From Camelus dromedarius (Eukaryota): a DNA stretch of 64,000 nucleotides. Each line of letters starts with the position of its first letter. The stretch's first letter is position 1. This document shows positions 38,130-51,700 of the stretch, piece after piece. The notes beneath the pieces were generated by a model. That model was not told the origin of the DNA. It did no database searches and saw only the letters and a list, made by a program, of their open reading frames with translations. The translations under genes and the position numbers were made by a program. The stretch lies in NCBI RefSeq assembly GCF_036321535.1, contig NC_087436.1, positions 48,114,001 to 48,178,000 on the forward strand, given 5' to 3'.

Positions 38130-38720
38130 TTGAGTTGAGAACAAGGGGATGAGTTTATCTTTGAATCCATCTGCCTGGAGGTCAAAATCCAAACCCTGAC
38201 ACCTGCCCCACTACAAGCTATTACTATGCAGAGTATTCATCCAGTCTGCAGGCTGACATATCACCCAACACATGGAAAACTGTAGGCCCAACAGATGTGT
38301 AGTATGTTTTACCCACTAGTCTAGCAGCCCTAGAAAAATTGTTTCCCATAACGCATTTTGTATACTGTGGAGATTTCAGTGCCAGAATTGGTGTTGGCTC
38401 ATTAAAATCTGTGGAAAAATCCAAAAAGTATGTATTAGTCCAGCCCAGCAGGCTTGCCCTGGAATGAATATCTCAGAATAAGCACATAAATTTGGTTTGT
38501 GGTTGCTCAAATTCCTATTCTTATACCAAATACTCTGTCTCCATAGAACCGGATAAAATAGCCCCTGTGGGATGGTTCAAAGAAGCAGAGGTGCCAGCAC
38601 TACACACAACACGGCACTTCCCACATTCACGAATGTCATTAATAAACTTAGAGTTAACAGACGAACTGAAACAACATCTACTGACTAGTTTTGACACCTG
38701 GCATCCCTGATAGTCACTCC
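38130..38720 (+). mobile_element. Ancient non-LTR retrotransposon AP-endonuclease remnant (RTE-X/L4-like, tentative)
   Basis: Frame from 38282: VGPTDV*YVLPTSLAALEKLFPITHFVYCGDFSARIG..E*ISQNKHIN..GWFKE..RMSLINL..; upstream FESICLEVKIQ and LLCRVFIQ in shifted frames; degenerate SDH.PL-like end 'gatagtcactcccactc'. Confidence 0.65.
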
Positions 38721-40837
38721 CACTCTCCTCCATCTATTTTGGAAATTGCTAAATATTTGCCAATTGAAACTTGTAGAAAACATATCCACTTTACTAAGTA
38801 GGATACACTAGAAATAGGGGAGACTTCAGGGAAAGTCGCTTTCCTACACTCTCACATCTGATCAAGCTCAAAGGCCTGACAATATGCCCTCGACATTGGG
38901 TCTTGTTTCCATTTCCTCTGCTAACCTTCTAACAGAATATTGCAATAATCCTATTTATTCTTTTCATTCTTTCTCCCATCAATCTCTACCTCAATCAATC
39001 TCATCACTATATTCATTTTACTATGCGTTTATTTGGTAAAACCACTTTCTTGCAAAACACTTTTTGTGGTTCTCTGCTGCCCAAGAATAAAGCTTAAATT
39101 CTTTAATTTAAACTTCAGCCCTCCAAAGTAGATAAATCTGTAAAGTTTCATTATTTCTAGAACTTATTTACTCACTTAAAAATTTAGGCTTTCAGGTAAC
39201 TAAACATATATCCCCCCCCCCTTTTTTTCTCTTTTCTTTTCATTAGGTTAAAAAGTTTTCCCTTTTCTCTCTACCTACCTAAGGCTTATCTTTTAAGAAT
39301 CAGCTTAAATCCATTTACCTAAATAAAACTTCCTCTAGAGTATAGTGATGTTTCTCTCAGCTGAGACAGAGCAATTGTAGGCTATATAATTTATTGAGAA
39401 TTTTTCATGGTGTCTTAACTCCCCTATTTTTCTATTGAAATGTTATTTAAATTTGGTATTAGTATTCCACTTTCAAGATTTTTTGCATGTAGTGATTTTC
39501 TCAGCTAGATTACAAGGAATTGGGGGGCAGGGTTCTATGCTTTTTAATATCTCCTCGAGCAATGAGTACATATAACATCTGTGTCCCCACCAACTACTGA
39601 CTTAGTTGAAAATAAGATTTACCATCCCCATGATTCAAGAGACTACAGTTAAGAGCTAAAGATGGACATACATACACACTTTTAGATACATACAAGCCTA
39701 AAAGCATGTAAATCATAGATTATTTTTTATTATATAAAACTTCAAGCGTATAGAAAAATATAGGATGAGAGAATGAATCTCAACTGACTTGTCCAGCTTC
39801 AAGAATTATGTGTACAGCCAGCCTTACATCTCTTTCCTTCCTACATTGTTTAGAACTAGTTCCCAGATATAATGTCAATATCAGAAATATTTCTCAAACA
39901 CATTACCAATAAGATATGTAAGCAAGTACTTAGTGGGTTATTGGGTTGGCTATTGTCAGAATCAAGCAGGAAGGCCACATGAAGGTAAAGCAAATAACAG
40001 TTTGACAGGCCAAAATAGTGGGAGACGCAGCTGCACAAACCACTTTCTAGTTCTCAAAGATGCCAGACACTCCAGCTATCTTCTCTGTAGGATAAACATC
40101 TATGTGGCCACTTCTATGAATGGACAGACAATTGACTTCCTGTTGGATTACAGTTCACTTACTTAAATGTATCTTTGTCCCAGAAGTTAAAATATCATTA
40201 TTTTAAAACATTATTATTTTAAAAACCATTCAAATCTCTTCCTTCTCATTTCTTTGTTCTGCAAAATGCATTATGGAGGCTCTCTAAATAGCAGTGATTT
40301 ATACTAGTCATGTCAGTAGGCAGGAACTCAGGCTTAGGAGCTGGTCAAAGGCAATTACTTTGAGAACTTCAGCCCTGAAATTTGCTTAAGCATTTTATCA
40401 ACAACAAAGAAAGCTGCACAGAGATTCATAATAATCAAATCCACAGATTTCCATCACAACTACAGGAATAATCTGAAATAACTTATTGACACAACCACAT
40501 TTCTTGCATTGTTCTGAGATACCTATACTAAGAAATGTACTTTATTAAGAATAAATCAAGACACGATCAGAATACACTGACCACATGCTGTCGTGAGCTC
40601 CTCCTTCACTTATTGACAAAATCATCCATTCTTATTCAATAGGTGAATACAAGGACATTGCAAAGTTGTGAGCTGTGCCTGATGTGTGAAATCTCAGCTG
40701 GGCTATTGCAACAGTCTCTCAACCGAGCTCCTTGCTCAAGCCCTCCTCCTATGATCTTTCTTCCAAACAGCAATATTATTCACATAAGTTATCTTATAGA
40801 TGTGGAGAGCACAGCCCGAAGAGATAAAATAACTTAC

Positions 40838-40920
40838 CTTATGCTGCCGGATCTGAGACCTTCCCATTTCTCCCAGTACTCTTCATGGTCCATCTTGCTT
40901 TATTAAAGGCTGCTTAATTC
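40838..40920 (-). other. Candidate spliced exon (83 nt) of an unidentified minus-strand transcript
   Basis: Minus strand: 'ttttctttttttag|GAATTAAG...AGCATAAG|gtaagtt'; strong acceptor and consensus donor in non-repeat DNA; contains a Kozak-context ATG (AAGATGG). Confidence 0.5.
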
Positions 40921-41719
40921 CTAAAAAAAGAAAACATGATTTCTTGCTAAATTTGTTTATAAAAATTAAGTGCCCCTGGATTTCATTGTGTATAAATTAA
41001 ACTTTTGCTGCTGTATCCTCCATACCCAACATACACACACACCATCTCATTTGGTAGTGAACACACAATCATAGCTTCCCTCCAATGAGACATACTGTAC
41101 ATGAATATTAGGTGATTAGTCTTTAAAAAGATATTTCCACTTCATGAACAGGAGAGCTAAATTTAGCACAAATTGAAAAATGCTTTGAAATAAAATAGTC
41201 TTCCACCAACATTTCTTATGGTCTTTTGGATACTACTATAGTAAGGTTACTTAGCAGATCTGTGTCTTATTTGGAAGAAGTGTTCAAGGGTACTGTGTAA
41301 ATATGGCCAAAACCAGTTCTAAAAACCTTTCATCCCACTCGTCTTCTAAAGACTAATACATTTCACAATGGTCCATAAATGTGTGCATTCTAACTTTAAA
41401 GTATAATGAAACCAGCTAGATGAAAGCCTTGTATTAAACAACTATTCATTACTAACAGCTATACTCCACCTTTTGGATTACTAGGGAATGAACTGCATAA
41501 TATTCCACTGTAAATAAACTCTAAGTGGCATTTTAAAAGTATAAGAATGCGATATTTAAAATAAATAATAGGATTCTAATTTAGATTATATGATAGAAGT
41601 TTGGTATAATTTCCTAACGTCTTGCTGGCAACCATATCAGTCAAGTCTAAGATATAATAATCTAGAAAGCAGGAGATACAGTCAACTTCTGATTTTGACA
41701 ATGGAGGACAGAAACGTGT

Positions 41720-41925
41720 TATTTATTTAAAAAGTAAACACCCAATTGCTCCTACTCTGTACCAGATAATGTTAAAAAAAAAAAAGCTTCACAAATATTA
41801 TATAATTGAATCCTCACAACCACCTGTGAGGTGTATACACCATTACCATCCTCATTTTACAGATGAGGCGACTGAGCTGTAGAGATTAAGTAACTTGTCC
41901 AAATTATATATCTGACAAGCACCTC
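41720..41925 (-). mobile_element. MIR SINE
   Basis: 'aatcctcacaaccacctgtgagg...cattttacagatgaggcgactgag...attaagtaacttgtcc'. Confidence 0.85.
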
Positions 41926-42634
41926 TCTCAGCTCAGCAAATAATATTGTATTTGACTGTTTGAACATGCTCATGTGACATGGGTTGGGGAAAAGAACTTT
42001 TGAATGAAAAAATAGGGGAAAGAGAAGAAAAGCAGATTTGTAAATGAGAAAGACTCAAATGAAGACAGTAGCAAAATGCAGGGCAGTAAAAAATAGAGAT
42101 GATGTGATGAATAAAGGCCTTAAGATGGAAGTGAACTCAGAGTTCTAGTTCAGCCTCTCAGTTTTCAGATCAGATACTGCAGCCAAGAAAGATTGTCATG
42201 TTCAAATGTCCACAACTGGTTAACATCAGAGTTGGAGCAGAACTCTGACAGACAGTCTCACTGGGCACCATGTCGAGCGAGGCCTGCACTGAGCACTTAC
42301 AGTAAAAGCTCAACTAAACAGGATCCTCACCCATCAGGAGGTCACCCTTCAGAGGAAAAGACCAGGTGATACACAGATAGTAACTGTAGTGTGAGGTACG
42401 TGCTAGTGGACCCCTGGATGAAAGGACTGATGAACAGTGTTTGGGAAAGACAAGGAATATTCTACAGAATAATTAACTGACTGTTAGCAAAAACATAAAG
42501 GACAAGAGTGATTCTGTCAGACAGAGAAGAGGGAAGGCTATTAAGGGCAGAGGACCCAGCCCACAAGACAGACTTGAGATCTGGAGTAGTGTGGCATGCC
42601 CTTTGAACACCACGTACATTAAGTGTACTCATTC

Positions 42635-42950
42635 AAATACATTTTACTTAACCAACATTTGTTGAGCGCCTATTACGTGCCAGGCAATGGCAATTCAAAG
42701 ACGACTGATAAAAATGTTATCTTCAAGTCTCAGGGAATTCACAGTCTAATTAGAGAAGCCATAAGACTTTAGTGTAAGCAAGTTAGACTAAGTGAGAAGT
42801 CAGTCTCTTCTGGGGCTTCAAGTCTAAAGAAGTCATTTCTATCTGGAGAGGACAAGTTGGTAAGGAGAGGCTTCGAGATGAAGCAACACTTGTTTTGAAT
42901 CTTGACAAATGGATAGGTGTTTAGCAGGAGTGTAAGGGAATGAAAACGTG
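42635..42950 (-). mobile_element. L2 fragment
   Basis: 'caacatttgttgagcgcctattacgtgccaggca...ctcagggaattcacagtcta'. Confidence 0.7.
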
Positions 42951-44864
42951 ACATAAATAGTATCTTGCTGCTTATGTCAGAGGCCGTCTAACTTGATAAA
43001 GGAGGCAGCGCTGGCTCCTCATGGCATCTGAACGCGTATCAATTAGATAGATGCTGAAGAGAAACAAGTAACTTTAAATCTATAAACCTCAAGCAGAGCC
43101 TATCATCTCAGAAACAGCTCTAAGCAACACCAGATCACATGAGGCTGCAAATTTCTTTTACAGCACTTTCCAGTTGAATGAATCACAAAATAAAATGACT
43201 GCAGCTCTGGAAAATAAATAGAAATCCCTTTCTATTTTATTCTTTTACTTTACACTGTTGGAAAAGCTCAAACAAGCAATATAGTTTCCTAAACCACGTG
43301 AGCCTCGTCACAAACCCAGGCAGCTCGGTGCTGGTGTCCGAACACTTGGAGCAGAGGCTTTGCCTTCATCTCTTTGGGTGGCAATGGAGAAATGATCCAT
43401 GGAAAATAAGAGGAACAGATGTGGGAAGAAACCAGACTGTGACCCTTAATTCTGCAGGTTGAAGAAACCGGATCATCCCAGACCCTTGCCACACGCACGG
43501 GAAAGAGGATAGTGGTGGGATCAAGTAGGGACAGTGTTGTGGTTTACGTAGATTAATATGTTGGCTCCACAGCAAGCAAGGTTGATGACTGGATCTGTAG
43601 TCAGGGATCAGTCAGCTTTTGATGGGAATTAACTGAGTGTAGCAAAGGACACTCCTTAGCAATGTGCTTACCACCTGTTAATAGGGTTTAACCAATTCTA
43701 GACATCTCCAAGTTCGTCTTAAAAAACCCAAATGATCTGTCGAACACCACACGTGTCTGGACATAATGAGCCAGCCTGCACCAAAAAATGTCCTGAGATC
43801 TCAAGCATTTTTGAACAGAACATCACAAGGAAAGGAAAAGAATACCAAGAATACATAAGCCATAAAAAATGAAAATGAGCAGAAGGAATAAACATTTTGA
43901 AACTCACTTCATCAAGCTAATCAACCAGTGCCTAAAATCAGCAATTCCTCTGAAGCTTCTTTAAGAAGCGCACAAATCACCCCTGCTAACACAGCACAGC
44001 TGGCACGTCTCGGCTGGTTGGGATCCTAAAGACTAGACATCAGTTATTCAAAGAAACTTTCCGAATGGGCCAAGTCCAGTGGAAAACAGGCCAGGCTCAT
44101 TCTTTATAGCAGATTTGCATTTTAAAGGGAAAACAATGAGACTGATAGGGTCTTATATAAATAAAACTCTAGTCTTTTCGTTGATCCCATGGGCTTTTCA
44201 TAAGTGGTCTGTATTTTCAGTGGAGTGTCACATCACCAAAGTGACTGTTTGCTTTATTGATGCATGTTAGATATAGTCACACATAGTGAGTGACAGGTTG
44301 TATCTGTAAGGCACCTGAGATCAGAAATAAGCTATATCAGTTTATCCTAAAGTTAGCTGCAATATTTCTATGGACCCTAAATAATTACATTTGTTTTAGC
44401 TAAATAAATTATTTTAAGTTTTTGGGGATCTTTGCTTCAGATATTTATTTTTAAGGATAGTGGACTTAAAGTAATTAAAGATTTTTTTCCAAAACACTGT
44501 AGGATAAATCTATTTGAAATATAATACTTAAAGGAGAGAGAAAGAGAAAGGGTGGGGGAGAGTGAGAGAATGGGTTTTGAGGGGGAAGAAAAATGCTAAT
44601 TTTAATTAACTGGGAATGGGTTGCATCTATATATAACTCATTAGCTGTCTTGCATAACAAATGATTGGTTTTCATTTGTTTGGTGATAAAAGATTTCCAG
44701 TCCCCGGAGTCAAAACCCACATGAGATGTTGCGTCTTCCCATGTGAATAATTACTTAGTGGTCAAGAAAAGACAAAAACTTTGTCCACAAGTGGCTACCA
44801 GACTGAATCAGAATCAAGAGTTCCAGTAGACTCTGCTCTGACTTCCAGCAGAATACTTTTTTAT

Positions 44865-45400
44865 CCTTCATTCATTCTTTTTTTTCAAAAAATTTTGAGT
44901 GGTGAACAAAACAGACAAAAATCCCTTTCCTTATATTCTAGACAGTGGAGATCACATACGTTACATGCTAATAAATGCTACGGAGAATACTACCACAGGA
45001 AGTCGAGGTAGGAAACGTGGGAGCAGGCTGCAGTTTTAGATCAAGGGAGCAGCAAACATTTTGTTTAGAGAGTGTCATTGAACCAGGATCTGAAAGAGGT
45101 AAGGGAATGAGCTAGGTGGATAGCTGGGAAAACAGAACTCCAGGAAAGGAAACAGCAAGGGCCAAAGGCAGTGGGGGTGGAGTATGTGGTGTGTTTGTTT
45201 AGTAACACAAAGGAGGGCATTATGGATGGACTGGAGTGAGAAGAGGCATGGGCATGGAAAAGGAAATTAGAAAGCCCTCAGAGATCCAGTTATGAAGTGC
45301 CTGTACATTAACAGGACTTTCCTTTTCACTTTGATTAAGGTGAAAGATTTTAAGCAAAGTAAGTGTGGCTTTTGCTTTATAACAGGATCTTTCAAGAAGA
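44865..45400 (-). mobile_element. L2 fragment
   Basis: 'ttcattcattc...gtgaacaaaacagacaaaaatccct..ttatattctag', 'ggaaacagcaagggccaaaggc'. Confidence 0.75.
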
Positions 45401-46969
45401 CTGTTAGCCATGGTTTACAACATTCAAATCAAAAAATGTTCGAGTTTTTAAAATCTTCAGAGTTGATCTAAAATGAACTCCCGATTCCTCATTTTATAGT
45501 GATGAGATTAAAGCCTAGTGATGATGAGTGACTTCCCCAAGGTTATGCCAGTAGCTGGTGGTTGAGCCAAAATTTTCCAATCTGGAATAGACTAGAAATA
45601 GAAGTGATGAGTTCTGCAGTTTGAAACAGACAAATGCACTGACTTATTTGGGAAGAGCCCATATGCAGAGGGCTAACTGACACAATCTAATAACAATTTA
45701 GGTGTCTACTTGATCTGGTAATTTAATGTAGTCATAGCATAAATCTTCATTCATTACTGGTTATCCCAGTGAGTATGATGTCATTTAGCTTTTCCCATAT
45801 TCCAGATGATCGTATAAATTTTAGAAAAACTGAGAACTGAGGAACAAATAGGCTTACTATGGAGAAGAAAGACTAATTTGTCTATAGACTGGATAAAGTA
45901 GACATGATCTTAGGTTTGGTAAAAATTACCTTGGCTAAATAGAAAAGGCTTCAGCAGGACTAAGAGCCTGTCTGAGAAAGCTGTTTCAATGAATAATGTT
46001 TGAGCACATAGACGGTGGCCACCTTTGGGTTATTTATATGGCTATGCACCTGAACATATAACCCCTTCTGGTTCTTCAAAATTGAGGTCTAAGGCAGACA
46101 GAGTTTCCTTATGAAACATGTTCCTTTTTATCTAGCCCAAAATATGGAGTTCCTTTGGGGCTATGGTTGCGTTTTACTACAAGAAGCTACATGCTCTTCA
46201 AAGATGGCATGCTTCCACTCATAGACTTGCTGTCCTCCTGTAGCCTGAGTTCTGACCACAAAAATCAAAATTCAATCTGGACAAATTCCCACCTGGTGGG
46301 AATCAGAGTACCTTTCATCATACAAAAAAAATGTACAGAGTTACAACTTAAAGTACTCAAGGAGCAAGTATCACTAAAAATAAGCCCAAGAAAAATTTAA
46401 AAGCCCAAATTCTGAGTTAAACAAGCACTGTCAAAACCCTGGGGGTATGTCAGTCTTTTGAACAATGCCACCATAACCACATCAAGGCATGCAGGAAAGG
46501 GTTCCAATGAACCAGATTATGAAATAGATAATTAAGCATCCACATATTCTTTTGTCTTCCAGTTTACAAAAAAGAGAGAAAAACGGCTAGTATTCTCACA
46601 CAGTCTCATTAAGAAAACTGAGTCGTCAGAAGTAGAACTGGGGCAACTCAACTGGTGGAAAAGATGATTAAGGACTGCAGGATGGGTTGAAGAAAGAAAA
46701 GACTAGAGAAAGGAGGGCTGTTGTCATCTAGATGTGATGCCCTGATGAAGCTGTGGAGGAACTGATTCCAAAGTCAACATTACTCCAATGGAAAGATTGG
46801 CCTCTGCAGAGATTTCAAATGAAAATTGATAAAACATGGCAATTAGCCTGATCAACAGAGAGATAAATTAAAAATAACTTTGGGACTTCAAGTCTAAAAG
46901 TTAGAGTAGAATCACTGACAGATGTAGGTAATTAAAAAAGGAATTTTGATTAAAGAGAATAAAAATAAA

Positions 46970-47260
46970 AGCTGTCATTTATTGACTACTTCCCATGTTC
47001 TAAGCAGATTGCATTCATTATCATTTAGTTGTCTCAACAACTCTACTTACTTATTGGTTTATTCATGCACTTATTCATTCATGAACAGTTATCATGATAT
47101 TGTGGACCAGGCACTGTCCTATTTAAACATTTTTATTTATATTTTTATACCTAAGGAAAGTGAAATTCAGACAGGGGTACAGTAACTTGTCCAAGATACC
47201 TTAGCCAGAACTGGAGTGCAAACCAAGATTTGATGGATTCCAGTTTCATGGCTGTGAGTT
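46970..47260 (-). mobile_element. MIR (interrupted)
   Basis: 'catttattgactacttcccatgttctaagca', 'aggaaagtgaaattcagacagggg..gtaacttgtccaag'. Confidence 0.65.
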
Positions 47261-47719
47261 TTAGTTTTGGATTTGTCAAATTCAAAAGATGACAACTGAC
47301 AATAAATAAACAAAAACAAATAAATAAATACATAGGCCAGTTGTGAGAAGACAAGGGGAAAAAAACAAGACCGAAGAGCCACACAGCTAGTGGCAGTAGC
47401 TGCATAAGGAAGGCCCAGGACAGTAGTTTTGTGTATGAGTGTGTGTGAAACAAAAGGGAGAAGCAGTCTTGTTACCCAAGCACCATTTGAGGGCACTAAC
47501 CTCGGTTAATAGCACAAAGGGTCTAAGGTTATTAATCCAGGTGCAACTGGTCTCCAGGACAAAAAGGATGCTGTAGAGGTGAGATGGCCCCATACCACCT
47601 CTGAAATTCACAACAGAAAAATGGCAGGCCCCATAATATTAAAAATATTAATGACACAGAAAGTTATGCAATTCACACAGACTAGATAAGCCTGTGTTCT
47701 CTGTATTTTAAATCAGTAC

Positions 47720-48155
47720 TATTCAGGATTGAACTGTGTCCCCCATCAAAAAGACACATTGATGACCTACACCCCAGCACCTCTGAACATGACCTTCGTG
47801 GTCACTGCAGATGTAACCAGTTAAGATGAGGTCACATTGAAGTAGGGTGGGCCCTTCTTTCTTAGAAGAAGAAAAGAAGAGATGCAGAGCCACACCAGGA
47901 GATGTCATGTGATGACAGAGGTAGAGACTGAAGTGATGTATCTACCAGCCAAGGAACTCCAAGGATTGCTGGCAACACCAAAAGCTAAGAAAAAGGCATG
48001 GAACAGATTCTCCTCCAGAGAACCCAGGAGGAACCAACCTTACAGACCCCTTGATTCAGACTTCTAGCCTCCACAGCTGTGAGAGAATAGATTTCTGTTG
48101 TTTTAAGACACTCAGTTTAATGACACTTTGACAGCAGCCCTAGGAAATTAATACA
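47720..48155 (+). mobile_element. MaLR solo LTR (MLT1B/C-like)
   Basis: 'gttaagatgaggtcacattga..tagggtgggccct', 'gccaaggaactccaaggattgctggcaac', ends 'gcagccctaggaaattaataca'; possible 5-bp TSD agtac/agtgc. Confidence 0.9.
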
Positions 48156-48169
48156 AGTGCTTATCAAAC

Positions 48170-48405
48170 CAAACATTTAAATCATAATTATAATGCCCAG
48201 GAATTGTTTGTTCTAAGCACAATCCAAAATTAATTCATTTAATCACCATAACAATCCAAAACACTAAGTGGTATTATCTCCGTTTTACTGATGAGGAAAC
48301 TGAGGCATAGTGAGTTTAGATAACTTGCCAAAGGGAGACCTAAAACTGGAGCCCATACAGTCTGGCCCCCAAGTCTATACTCCTAACCACCATGCTCTGC
48401 TATGT
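48170..48405 (-). mobile_element. MIR SINE
   Basis: 'cgttttactgatgaggaaactgaggcatag..taacttgcc...tactcctaaccaccatgct'. Confidence 0.85.
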
Positions 48406-48544
48406 GCCGTTCTCCCAAGACTTCCTGTCACCCCTGCTTTTCAGGATGCCATTGCTGGCACTCAGTCTCATTCCCAAAGCACTGGTAATCTTGAATGACA
48501 TAATCTCCAAATGATGACAAGAAGGCTCATTTATGTAGTGGAAT

Positions 48545-48750
48545 AACATTTTAGCAAATGTTTTTCACAGGCAGTATCACATTTCATCCTTGAAACACTC
48601 TTGAGGTTGGCCTAATTATTGTCTTTATTTTACAAATGAGAAACAGGCTCCAAGAGGTTAAGAACTCAGCCCTAGCTCCACAACTGAACCTGGAAGTGCT
48701 GGACATCAAACCCAGGTCTTGTAATTACAATATATCCACTCTTTTCTTCA
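48545..48750 (-). mobile_element. MIR SINE
   Basis: 'attttacaaatgagaaacaggctccaagaggttaag...caaacccaggtct'. Confidence 0.75.
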
Positions 48751-51700
48751 CACAACCCTTCCCCTGTGAAACCTTCTGTGACTCTATCCTCACCCCCACC
48801 TCTACCCCTCCACCCCCACTGAAATGACTGTGCCTTTCTTTATGTTCTCACAATATTCTGCAAAGCCATATATATATACTGCCTTCCCTCTCACCTGGGA
48901 TAGGAGCAAGGGGAGCAATCTCACTAATTATTGTGTACCTAATGCCTAGCACAGAGCAAAGAGTAAGCATAAAACAGGTGTCTGTTGAAGGAAGAAATGA
49001 AAAAACCACCAATGGTACTGAAACACAAAGTGTTCCTTCATCTGTCAGTTAAAAAAAAAAAAGTGCATGAGAGTGACTACCTGATTTTAACTTTCTGCTG
49101 TACTTCAACAACAGACTGTGAAGAAAGCTTTGAAATAAACATGTTCACTTATATGTACTATAGAAAAATGTATTACTGTGGTTTCTGTAGGCATTAGTAG
49201 ACCTTAAATTAAATCTTATACATTAAACCTTTCCTCCTCACTCATCTAGTTTCTTTCTCTAGAGGTCCAGGTCCTTAGCAGAACTCTGTATATTTGCTGA
49301 TCATAGAATCTTTTGTTTTGTGGAGCTTATTGATAAGATGGGACACAGTGATCTGAATGACAATTACATCACGTTGATAAATATAGATATACATATATAT
49401 GTGTGACCATATAGTGTACAACAGTTTTGTAGGATTAACATAAGTTACACTAACCTTTTGACTTTGATAAACTGCTTACAATGTTGCTATACAATAAAAT
49501 AGAATAAAGCAAAACATGATTAACTGTATCGAAGACTGATGAGAGATTTCACAAATCTGCCCAGGGGGTGGAATATGCAGCAGAGAACTGGACAGTATCC
49601 CTTTTGGTGGCTGCCAATTCTCTTCTGGAGTCATCTTTTTGTTTCATTATTAAGAAAGACAGGATACTCCCTTCCTCAAGGGGTCAAAAAACAGAGCCAT
49701 TCCACGAGAAGCCAGAACCAATGTGCCTTAACAAGGAAGCTGAACTAGGTTTGCTTCAGGGCAACACACTCCCAAAAGTCCAATAAACTTTCCAGGAATC
49801 CACCAGATTAGCCAAAAGAAACAGTACTGTGAAGTTGAAGGAAAGGAAAGAAGAAAAAAATAAAAAGAAAAGAACCCACATGCAGCTAAACTATCTTTCC
49901 ACATAATCCCCAGCTGCCTCAAATTGGCAGTTCCATGACAACAACAGTTAAAGAGCAAAGGAGCTATCAGAAACTTCTTTTCCTTATATGGGAAGCCTGT
50001 ATGCGAAGGTCCAGAGTAAGTCACAGAACAATATGGAAAGTACATGTAGGCATTGTTGATTGACTATGAGGATATAGTCAACCTTCTGTCAGCTTTGTCA
50101 ACAGTCTACGGGACAGCTGTTTGACTTTCAATTCCCGTTTGCTTTCTCACCCTTTTTGTCAACTTATTCCATATGCAGCCCACAGGCAAGGAAGGAAATG
50201 TGAAGTCTACACTGTAGGGCAGCCATTCATTGTAGTAAATGAAACTATTTCCATTTCCTAAGAGCTACTGGAGAAAACCATTTAAAAATACACAAACACA
50301 CAGACCCACACACTGGCAATATAGTGTGGAAATACAATAAGCTTGAATTGATAGGAATCATTGTTAGATGATGACTTATTGATATTAAAATTAGAGATCA
50401 AGGAGTTGAACTAAGAAACAAAATGGAACAAATGTTCCAGAGCCATGTGGCTTTGTCGTTTTCTTTGAAAAATGTGGGTTCTTAGAACAGCAAATAGATG
50501 TATTAAACCTACATTTTAAAAAGTACTTCTTATTAAGTGTTTTTTATAAATATTCAAGTGGATAGACAATTGTAAGTTGATCAATATACAGTGCATATAC
50601 ACCTTCCCATTTGTGTTAATTAATCAAGCATGTTTGGTAATAAAGAAAAAAAATAATTTAAACAGCAGAGGTTACTCTTCCTTCCATTTCATTCAGTAAT
50701 TCAGTGAGCACACGCCCTGCACTAAACGTGAATTTCTATGCTTTCTGTAGTGTAAACATCTTGCCACAACAGGGCCCAGAACACTAACCAAGCTAACCAC
50801 TGCATCTGGTGCTCGAATGGAGAAAAAGTCATCTGTTCCAACGCTTGAGAAAAATCTGCCTGTGTTGGATTTAATAAGAAATGATATATTAGAACAAGTG
50901 CGTATATATAAAATGATGCACAATGAATAAACTAAAAATTTCAGGGGATTTTTACATGTAATTTTGGAAATACATGATTTTTAACTTCAATGCTTATTTT
51001 ACTATCTAATCCTGCCTACAACATAATCCCATTATATAACTTTGTCAATATATATCTATTATTCTGGATTATCCATATCATTCTTCTCCTATATGCATAA
51101 AATTGAGGACTAACAGCAATAAATAGTAAATAATAGAAATTTCTACAAGTCAGCAAAACTCTTATTACTTCCTCCTCCCAAATCATGTAAGCCACCAATG
51201 AAGTTATTTTTAGATGAGACCATATCAGTGGAGGCTATTTAACAGAGACAATTATAATGTCTCTGTGCTAAAATACATGGCTTTTAAATATGTCATTATT
51301 CCAGAAGTAATGACATCACAGAAGAATAAACAGAGACTAAAAGGAAATGGAGGAGAATGGAGCCGTTTATTATACAACTGGGAAACCGTTTTGAATATAC
51401 GGGCTGACAACAGAAAAAAAGTGCTATTTTTTGAATGATGATGAAGTTAAGGGCAGAAGCCCTTGTATATTCATGATAAACTGCTTAATTTTAGTGCTTT
51501 AAATATTACAAAGTATATGTATATATTAAATATTAAATTATATATATATATATACTTTAATTTCTTCACTTACTCTCTATCACAGGCATGTCAAGTATTA
51601 TCATAGGTATAAAGATGGTAAGTAAACTGGTACAAAGTAACACAGCGAGTTCCTAAACTCATGTCTTCTTACTCCAAGTGCAGACTTTTTCCCATCATGA

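Noticed and set aside
50751..50772. miR-30-like sequence (TGTAAACATC)
   Set aside because: Only the first 10 nt match and no hairpin arm is evident.
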